Positions 1 through 8,418 of a stretch of DNA of 32,000 nucleotides are shown in pieces; positions within the stretch are counted from its first letter, which is position 1; the number at the start of each line of letters is the position of its first letter. The position numbers and the translations under genes were made by a program. The notes under the pieces are model-generated. The model did no database searches. It had not been told where the DNA came from and saw only the letters and a program-made list of their open reading frames with translations. The DNA is from Zygophlyctis sp. KS116 (lineage: Eukaryota; Fungi; Chytridiomycota). The stretch is from positions 1-32,000 of the forward strand of contig BAAFSQ010000055.1 of the NCBI GenBank assembly GCA_054661495.1. Reading direction: 5' to 3'.

Positions 1-939
1 TCCTGTGTCAAAGAACAATCTTTTAGACTTCAATTGATAACTCGTAAATTACCTGTACTAGTCACAATAGAAAAATGGAATAATAAGAACTTTGAATATA
101 CTGATAACAATTTATGTCCACGTTGTAAAACTCACATTGAAACCATAGATCACTTGTTTAAATGCATTCAAAATAAGAAGATTAAAAATAAATTGTATAA
201 TGAAACCATCAAAGAGATGGGGGCCAGACTAGATAAACTTGAATTGTACAAGTCACTGAGAGAACAAGATAATCGCCCCAAATTTAAACAATTGATGTAT
301 CTTTTAGGAATCAAAGGGAATTTAATGACATTTTTATCTTCATACGAAGCAAAAGGTCTTATCACCACAGAACTTAAAGAGAGATTTAAAAAAGCAAAGA
401 AAACCCATTCACAAACAACTTTATGGATTCAATTTACAATGGATTGTTGGTTAACTACTGTATACACACAAATTTGGAAAGAACGTTGTATTGCCTTAAA
501 AAAGAAAGACTTTCGGACACGTAAAAGATCAAGTCCTTTAGATGTGGTACCCCCAAGTAGGATCAAAAAACTGAGATTGATATTAAGAGATCCAGAAGAA
601 ATACCTACATCTCATATGCAGTCTAAGAAAATCAAAATAAAACTGAACCCACCAAAGAAAAGGACGAAAGAAATAAGAGATAATCACAGGCCAAAAAAGA
701 AACACAAAAACAATCATGCAAGACAATCAAAAACAGCTAATAGCACAAAAACCAATGAAAATCCACCACAGACTACAGTTCACCCAAAAAAGATTGTATT
801 CCGTATCAAATTCAAAGAAAAGGAGGTTCTTCATCCTGATGAGGGGGATGGAGAAGAAGGGGATAGAGAGGGTCCATTGAGGACAGGCTGCTCTTTTGGG
901 GGTCCAGTGTGTGTGCTGGAGGATGGAAGCTACAATTAG
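1..939 (+). CDS. LINE ORF2 C-terminus (CCHC zinc-binding region plus basic low-complexity tail), 5'-partial
   Basis: CxxC-x7-H-x3-C motif and downstream W-x2-R as in non-LTR RT C-termini; TAG at 937-939. Confidence 0.8.
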   Translation, partial: SCVKEQSFRLQLITRKLPVLVTIEKWNNKNFEYTDNNLCPRCKTHIETIDHLFKCIQNKKIKNKLYNETIKEMGARLDKLELYKSLREQDNRPKFKQLMYLLGIKGNLMTFLSSYEAKGLITTELKERFKKAKKTHSQTTLWIQFTMDCWLTTVYTQIWKERCIALKKKDFRTRKRSSPLDVVPPSRIKKLRLILRDPEEIPTSHMQSKKIKIKLNPPKKRTKEIRDNHRPKKKHKNNHARQSKTANSTKTNENPPQTTVHPKKIVFRIKFKEKEVLHPDEGDGEEGDREGPLRTGCSFGGPVCVLEDGSYN

Positions 940-1199
940 AGGACCTCGTATGAGGCATCTCGGCAATGTATCGGTAGTCAATTTCAGAACTGCCCAAAGT
1001 CATTAATCAGAGATATTGTATCGTAAAAGATATGATCATTGCAATCAGTAAATCACCTCATTATTATGATGGATCTTGGATATAAGAAATACTAAAATGG
1101 ATCAAAGACCTTCACTATGTGTCATTGTACTCATATAGGGACTACTGGACATTATGTTTTAGTATAGATTTTCGGATAGTGTAGCTGCCTTCAAAAATT

Positions 1200-1218
1200 A
1201 AAAAAAAAAAAAAAAAAA
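1200..1218 (+). repeat. Poly(A) tail of the LINE
   Basis: 19 consecutive A's ending at the junction with the interrupted gene. Confidence 0.85.
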
Positions 1219-2057
1219 CAATCTTGATAGGGATTGCCTAATGCATTATTGTTTGAATCAGTATTGCAAGTGAATTTCAAATCTCCAATGTTTTGAGAGA
1301 ATACTTGAGCTCTTTTAGTTAATGGTGTAGCAGATCCAGTAGAAAGACAAGCAAGGGAAGTTCCTGCAGAAGGGAATTTGAAAGCAGGAGATCCGCTCGT
1401 TGCACAACCACAAATAGTAATGTTAGTATCGCTAGCAGCTCTTATTTTTATAAATAAAAATTATTACACTTGCAGTCCACATTTTGCAGTAAAAGCACCA
1501 CTTAAGGATGGATTATTGTAAAGACGACTTTCATTTTAAAATTTAGAAAATAGTTACAGATATTTCAAATCTATCAAATTTCCAATCGAACCAGGAATCG
1601 AACCTGAGAGTTGATTGATGTGAAGCTCACTTTCCTTTTAATTTAATAAAATAATTACAGAAGTTGCAAATTTATCAAATTTCCAATCGAGGCAGGAATT
1701 GAACCAGAGAGTTGATTGTTCTGAAGATAACTTTCATTATAAATTTAAAAATAATTACAGAACAGTCAATCTTGTCAACATTCCAATTACTCCTGGAATT
1801 GAACCAGAGAGACCTTTGGATTGCCAGGTTATCTTAATAACTTTGTTTGCAGAATTGCAAGTCACACCAGTCATTGGTTTAGTGCAGCAACTGTTATCAG
1901 TCGATTGAATTCCAGTTGGAATAGTTCTACCCATCAGTTGCCATGATCGGACAACCCAACAGCAGTCAGGAGATGTTGGAGTGCAAGTCGCCTGAGACTC
2001 TACTCCAGCCATCAATGCAGTAAGAGTCAATGCCAAGAAGATCTTATTGTTTAGCAT
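1219..2057 (-). pseudogene. Secreted LRR protein gene (signal peptide, Cys cap, plant-type 24-aa LRRs, Cys-rich region) interrupted by the LINE
   Basis: ATG 2057 MLNNKIFLALTLTALMAGVES; phase-2 introns 1731-1758, 1630-1658, 1528-1557, 1441-1467; 72-nt exons YLQNNQLSGSIPASIGNLINLQLL and ELHINQLSGSIPGSIGNLIDLKYL; last exon open (...PLTKRAQ...GNPYQDC) up to the poly-T. Confidence 0.85.
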
Positions 2058-2095
2058 TTGTTTTATTTTTTTGAAAGAGTAAAGTGCATCAGTTG

Positions 2096-2106
2096 CCCCA
2101 TTTATA
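2096..2106 (-). promoter_or_regulatory. Possible TATA element of the LRR gene
   Basis: TATAAATGGGG on the minus strand about 45 nt upstream of ATG 2057; AT-rich background weakens it. Confidence 0.3.
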
Positions 2107-2458
2107 GTAAACAAATGGGGGTGGATTGAAATCGTGGAGAGGCGCTCGAGGTCTTTTGAATCGATGCATTAATGATTGTATCGGATCATTTTAGTCTACT
2201 AAGTATCAATATTGCATTTATTCTCTAGATCAAATTGGAAACTCCTACTTATAGTTTTTTATTTTATAAAAATTAATAATGCAGTCTTTAATCTGATCTT
2301 GAATGTGAGAAATTATAAATTCTTGAAAATCATTCAAAGTCGGAAAAGATTCTCTAAAGTCTGATGTGAATTTTCCTAATTTTTGTCCTTTTAATGGAAC
2401 AGAAGAGAAATCTGCCAATATATTTGAAACAATAGCTCCGTTAAACTTTGATTTAAAT

Positions 2459-3444
2459 TTAATCAGTTGATAATAATGGTCGTGTTTCTCCACAAGTGTT
2501 TTGCCTATTAGACGTACGAATAAATAATCTCTTTAGATCCTTTAGACTGCATGAATAATCTGGTTTCTTTGAGATTCTTTCTAATCTTAATCTAGCATGC
2601 CCATCAAAAATACTAAAAACTGCACCAAGAACTGTAAAAACAGTTGCAAGTCCTGAAGTTGCAGTATACATAAATGTAACGATAAGTTGATAATTTACAG
2701 CATCTTTAACTGGAATTCCTCCTAATATTTGACCAGTCATCTATGATTAAATTCTTTTGTAAAAATTACCATTCCTGGAATCAATATTAATCCCATTATA
2801 CTTTGAGAATTCAGAATTGGCAATAAAGCTAATTTAATTCCTCTTGTACATATTGGTCTTGAACATTCCCATCTTGATGCCCCGAAAGCCAAATGCATTT
2901 CAATTACTCCTCTATTAGCCATTATATCATTCATTACAGAATTTAAACCAATTGCAACAGCAGACATACAATTTCCAATTAACATTCTATACTTTAGAAA
3001 CAGCATAAATACCCCAAAACTGGAATAAATTGTGTTGGCTTATACCAAGGAGTAGTTTGAATAGCAAATGCATTCCCTAAAAATGCTATAATTCAGTAAA
3101 ATTAGACTACCGATAGTAAAAACTGAAATTCCAATTGAACCAAAAACAGACCATAACATCAAATCATGACGATATGCCACTCTAGAGAAATAAACTTCAC
3201 AGACTGCAAGTATTAAAAGTAAAATAGACATGAGACCAATCAGAATGGGATCCTGATTATCGAAAATAGGCTGTAAAAATTGTCCCATAATTACCAATTG
3301 TACAACACATCTTGACGCAGAAACAAGTATTTTGCCTTCCATTCCCAGTCCAAAGATTAGAGATATCAGTGCATTCACAAGAACAAATGAAGACGCTATT
3401 AAAACATTTACTGCCGTTAAACTAGGGATGTCTGGATCTTGCAT
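2459..3444 (-). CDS. UPF0014 family membrane protein (FetB/YbbM, plant STAR2/ALS3-like ABC permease)
   Basis: Introns of 25, 26 and 29 nt (last 2741-2769) join PWYKPTQFIPVLGMLIGNCM, LAFGASRWE and GLILIPGMMTGQILGG...AVNYQ, the family motifs. Confidence 0.88.
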
Positions 3445-3605
3445 TATTGATTTGAGGCGGTCAACGTATCACCTTGCCACATTTGTCCGTTTCAAGTTTG
3501 TCCGAAACTGTTCATACAATGCTAAAGTACTTGAATTTAAAATCCGTAAATGTAAATACCGTACTTACTTAAATACCGACTTGGCGTTTTCGGAAAAAGT
3601 AGAAA

Positions 3606-5496
3606 ATGTCTGAAATTCCTTTACAATCAAGATTAGAAAAGAGTTTGGATTTCACTCTAAAACATTTGAACAATGCGTCGGTTGGATCTGCTAGAGGAAA
3701 TCAAGGTTCGGACAAGTCAAGTCTGCCGGGTCATAAATTAGATGATACAAATTTAGCTTTATTATTAGAAAATCAGCGGATTGAAGATGCATATCTAGTC
3801 AAGGAGTCTGAAAGTATTTTGAATTATTGTAGTTAACTCAAAGACTTTAAAGTCGCGTCGCAGTTGGTACTTGCCCAAGAACAATTGATAAAGTTGAAAG
3901 AGGATCATGATCAGGCTAAAAATAATCTACAAAATGTACTAGAGGATTTACAATTGGCAATTATTGAAAATCAGAAATTGAATTCAGATAAACGGATTGA
4001 CACGTCGAATCTTGTTGCTGTACAGGCAGAAAATCAGGATTTGTCTCGAAAATTAAAGGATTTGGAAATTAGATTTACAAAGTTTGTACAAGAATCGCTA
4101 AAAAATTCATCAAGAGAAACTGAACTTTTAGAGTTGCTGGAAGTTACAGAGGACAATTTAATAGAGAAAGGTGCTAAACTTGAAAGAGAATTGGAAAATT
4201 CAAAAAGATTAAAAGATGAAAATGATGCATTGATACAGGTTTCTCTTGGTATATTATAAGAATTTATTATCTAGGATTAGAAAAGATGGTTATGGATTTT
4301 GAATCAAAGCAAGTAAAGTCTATGGAAGAATTAAATCAAGTTTCAGATAAATTACAGGAAATAGAGTGTAAAAAACTAAATCATGAATGGAATGTAGAGA
4401 ATCTTAACGCAGAGATTAATGCTTTAAAGGATAGATGCTCAAGGCAGCAGGATTTGTTTAAAGAGAAATTTCAATGTGAGATTAATAAGTTAAAGTCGGA
4501 ATATTCTGTTGAAAAATGTAAACTTGCAAAAGAGATTACAAAATTAGCTGATAAAGCGCATGATCTTCAGGTATATAAATCAAAATATAAATTGAAAGGT
4601 AGCATGTGAAAGAGCAGTTCGTGAAAAACGTGCTGCAGAGTCAGAATTACAAAAGCTTTTGAATATTTTGCCGAATCAGACCGATGCATTGGAAGGAACA
4701 ATTGAAGAATTAAATAGAAGATTAGTTGCATCTGAAAAACAAAGAACTGAAGCGTTACATTCTGCTGAAGCTATTCATCAAAAATATTTAAATCAGCTCT
4801 CTGTTAGAGATGTTGAAGAAAGAGCATATCAATCGGCATTGTTTAATGCTGATGAAAGAGCTAAAAAGGCTGAATATGAATATGAGAAACTCTCGGTATA
4901 TTTACACGTTTCATTGATTAGGTGGAAAATCTAAATAATGTCACCAAAATCAGTTTTCTAGAGCAGGAATTGGCTGAATCACTAGAAGAAAAGAAATTAC
5001 TGCTTTCGGCTCATGAATTAGAAAAGAGTCAGCATATAGAACAACATAATAGAAAGATTTCACAGCTGGAGATCTCATTGTCCGAGACACGACAATCCGC
5101 AGAAATGGCATCCAAAGAAATACAACAATTACTTAATCAGCAGCAAATGCTTTCTTTAAGATGGTACATACTTTATTTTCACATTAAAGGAAACAAGAGG
5201 CAGAGCACCTCTGCCAAAAGCATGATGCCTCAATTTCCCTTGTAAAATCACAAATGGTTAAAATGCAGCAGCGTGCTACAGAGAATGAATCAGACAGATT
5301 GAGACTTAAGGCGATAAAATCAGATCTCATAAAGCAAATTGGATTAGAAAGACAAGAAAATGCTGCATTAAGCGAGCGCTTGAATCTCTCGGAATCTCGG
5401 AATCTGTCATTAGAAAGACAAATCGCTGCATTGATCGGGAAAGAAAGCTTGAGAATTTTAGAGCGAAATGGAATGAGTACTTTGGATGTACTTTAA
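3606..5496 (+). CDS. SCLT1: Long coiled-coil protein, SCLT1-like (centriole distal appendage)
   Basis: Five short introns join the ORFs; CERAVREKRAAESELQKL...LVASEKQR and QQQMLSLRWKQEAEHL resemble SCLT1 segments as I recall them. SDCCAG8 is the alternative; 3' end uncertain. Confidence 0.6.
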
Positions 5497-5517
5497 TTAT
5501 TAAAAAGAATTTCGATC

Positions 5518-6072
5518 TTATTCAATTTTGGCGGAAAGTAGAGACTCCCTCAAATTCGCCGGGTATACCAAACTCTGTGTCGGGGAAATTTCGTCTACTG
5601 TGATGAAGTCTTCTGTAGAAAGGACAGAGATATATCCAGCACTTAGTCCTCCAACCGTTTCCTATTAGTAAAATAAAACAATTTCGGGTAAAGAAAGTAT
5701 TTTTAAAGAGGATAGCGATCCGTTAGTTTCATTCAATGAGTTTTTACAGTTGGACATATCATTACGATGCTTACGAGCAGACAGAAAGAATATAGCCAAT
5801 CCTGAAATAATTATGCCAACCACTATTGGTAATACCCAAAGATTAAGGTTCCTTTTTCCAGTTTCTTATATGAGTAATCTAGCTTACATTGAAATCACGG
5901 ATGTATCATTGCAAACTACTCCAGTCATTGAGCAACATGATGTGAAAGGTTTAACGGGGTTTCCTAATCTATTCCAGACATGCATTAGATAAAGGCAATC
6001 ATCATTTGCATTAACCAATGATGAAAATATGATCATCAATATCATTCTTAAACAGAGGATACCACTATACAT
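5518..6072 (-). CDS. LRR-less paralog of the neighbouring receptor-like protein (signal, Cys cap, TM, tail); possibly a pseudogene
   Basis: Exon 1 DDC...W...SCCSMTGVVCNDTSVIS matches the caps at 2057 and 6961; TM WVLPIVVGIIISGLAIFFL followed by RKHR; tail frame ends TAA at 5518-5520. Confidence 0.55.
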
Positions 6073-6138
6073 TAAATTTACAAAAACGAACGCTCAAAAT
6101 TACTGTATAAATATAAATATAATATTTCAACTAACTTC

Positions 6139-6961
6139 TTAATGATGCACTTCTTGTTTAAGCGAAGGACTATCAACCATTTTACTGCTTGGGATATTAT
6201 AGATACTGATGTCGTTGAACTTGTGTGTCCGCTCTTTGAATCTCCTATACTTTATATATAACATCCCTAGAAAAGATATGGCCACCAAGACTGTGCATGT
6301 AACGACAGGAATCACCCATTTAGAACTTTTATCAGTTTGATCGTTTAGAGAAGCTTGACAATTATTACAAATCTCTACAGGTAAAACACAAACTGGAGGA
6401 TTGCGGCATAATTCAAGCTGAGGACTTCGTTTACAATTTTGAATCTGTGTTCCTCTAATGATAATCTGATTAAGAGAATCTTGTGGATCAATAGTTCCCT
6501 TTAGATTGGAATTATTGATCAAGTTTCTATAGAATTAAAAACATTAATATACAATTCTTTGAGATTTGGTAATTTTGATATTGAACAGGGAAGATTACCA
6601 GATAGTCCAGATCCAAGGGATCTAACATTAATTCTATTTTGCATACAATGATTCCAAAGAAGCAAGATTACCAATTTCATTTGGGATAGATCCTGAAAGG
6701 GACTGATTGTACCATTGTCTGATTGCGTTAGTTTAAGGTATATTACATTTTAACTACCGATGAAGCATTACAAGTCACTCCTGCCATTTCACAACATGCA
6801 GTGTTATTTTTTCTGTCCAATTCTAAGATTGACTGATCTTGTCCGATAAATGATGTTTTCCCAAATGCTTTCCATAGATTGACAACAGTCTCACAATCAT
6901 ATGCATTAGCATTATACAGTAGGCAAATAAAGTATAAATGGGAAAACAACCTGGAAATCAT
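6139..6961 (-). CDS. Single-pass LRR receptor-like protein without kinase
   Basis: Signal peptide and cap (DC..W..CCEMAGVTC); phase-2 introns 6719-6746, 6622-6646, 6527-6552; LRR exons of 72 and 69 nt; Cys-rich juxtamembrane region, TM WVIPVVTCTVLVAISFLGMLYI, KYRR, short tail. Confidence 0.85.
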
Positions 6962-7114
6962 TTATATCAAACGCTGGTGCGGCACGATGATCCTATTTTT
7001 AGAACAAGCGGGATGTGATGTAAAATGCATGTTGATATATGGTGATTTGAAATAATACATGAATGGATCTGGAATCAGACATCATGAACTCTGGCAATAT
7101 CGGACAAGATTACA

Positions 7115-7177
7115 AGTTGTATCTAAAGTTGTTGTTTGGTCTGATAAATCAAATGATGCTTTATCTTGCACTGCAAT
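7115..7177 (-). pseudogene. Remnant of the CRN nuclease motif ([13 protein letters not shown])
   Basis: 7138-7177 matches 8616-8655 at 39/40 nt; similarity decays over the next ~25 nt with a frameshift. Confidence 0.8.
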
Positions 7178-7510
7178 GAAACTTCTTATTACATTTCAGC
7201 TCTCAATGATGAGCAACTAAAGCAAGAAATCGACCTTGTTCACCAGTCCTCCATCAAAGCTTTTGCCAGAGCACTTGTCAACGTCAGACTCCCTAAGGTT
7301 GATACTCACACTCCTAGCAATGGAACACTTGCAGTGCACGACTTTGCTGATACAATCGACTTGCTTCTTTCAAATGGTGAACAATCTCATTATATGGTGA
7401 TTGGTGTTTGAACGGATAGAGTGTGGAGAAATTGAGAAATGTAGGTACAACCTTCAGAAGGAACCAAGTCGATATGAAGAAGCATAAAACAGTACTCATA
7501 TTTTAATCAA

Positions 7511-8059
7511 TTAATACAATGAAGCTGGAGCTTGAGTCACCAAGACAGAAAAAGTTGTGTCTTGAAAAACTTCCTGCAATCTTCCTCCAAATTGCATTGC
7601 TTCTTCACGACCAGCGTTTCCGTTACTTGTCATTTGATATAGATAATTACAGCCTGGCATAACTTGAACACCACGGTATGCCTCGGGAATTAATAAGACA
7701 CTCGCATGCCAACCATCTAGATCATATAAATATAAATATATACCAGGAGGGAGACCGTTTCCAGGAAATTTAAAAACTACGTAAACCGGGTCAATTTGAG
7801 AAGCAAAGACAGAGTCATTTTCAATTAGCTCGAATATTGAATGATTCAATTTATCCATTTGAGCTAATTCTTTATCCGTTCCACCCGAACCAGGTCGGCA
7901 ATCAATCATTCCAACTTGTCTAGCCTCAAGTGCGACCTTTTCCTTGGTTGTAACATCCCATGCTTCTCCCTCCTTGAAGGCTGCTATAGGTAAACGCTTG
8001 ATAAAATCAGCAGCTTTCTCTAGTGGTTTGATGGGTAATGGGGGTTTCGTAGAGAGCAT
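7511..8059 (-). CDS. Hypothetical protein (~173 aa after splicing); start uncertain
   Basis: 182-codon ORF of globular composition containing an in-frame 27-nt GT-AG intron candidate (7717-7743). No family recognised. Confidence 0.55.
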   Translation of the reverse strand: MLSTKPPLPIKPLEKAADFIKRLPIAAFKEGEAWDVTTKEKVALEARQVGMIDCRPGSGGTDKELAQMDKLNHSIFELIENDSVFASQIDPVYVVFKFPGNGLPPGIYLYLYDLDGWHASVLLIPEAYRGVQVMPGCNYLYQMTSNGNAGREEAMQFGGRLQEVFQDTTFSVLVTQAPASLY

Positions 8060-8309
8060 TTGATGATGTAACCACAGGTAACGTAAATATACCCTGGCAC
8101 TGCAATTTCATTCATTTATCGGTGCGCCACTAGTGTGTTTATAGACATAAACAATTATTTATTCAAATCAGACATTAACAATTGTATTTAACTCTCATTT
8201 GTTTTCAACTCGTTGACTCTGTCGATCAGTCGTAAAAAGTAAGTTTTGAGAATTCACTTTCTTTCAATCATTTGGTTATTGTACACGGGCTGCGGCGGCT
8301 GTTAATATG

Positions 8310-8345
8310 AAGAGAATTTTGTGGATCAATAGTTCCATTAAGATT
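8310..8345 (-). repeat. 36-nt remnant of the LRR receptor last exon (NLNGTIDPQNSL)
   Basis: 33/36 identity to 6472-6507 (NLKGTIDPQDSL), same orientation. Confidence 0.8.
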
Positions 8346-8418
8346 TTATGACGTTTTGTGATTTTCAATGTAAATGTTGTCCGAACCTCATGTTTTTACG
8401 ATCATTGGCAATTTATTT

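Larger units (their letters stand above)
1..1218 (+). mobile_element. 3' end of a non-LTR retrotransposon (LINE; 5' part outside window)
   Basis: Intronless frame open from base 1 to 939 with zf-RVT-like motif FRLQLITRKLP...CPRCKTHIETIDHLFKC...IWKERC, then a ~260-nt 3' UTR and a 19-nt A run (1200-1218) abutting unrelated coding sequence. Confidence 0.85.

Noticed and set aside
827-860. CTGATGAG hammerhead-like core in the LINE end
   Set aside because: No stem II closed by GAAA follows; the sequence is coding (PDEG) with only a simple hairpin.
3480-3580. Short direct repeats (TTTGTCCG x2, AAATACCG x2) in a divergent promoter
   Set aside because: Plausible binding sites, but too short to assign without comparative data.
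7138-8345. CRISPR-like spacer array suggested by 36-40-nt gene fragments
   Set aside because: No flanking repeats or regular spacing; eukaryotic context; duplication with decay is simpler.
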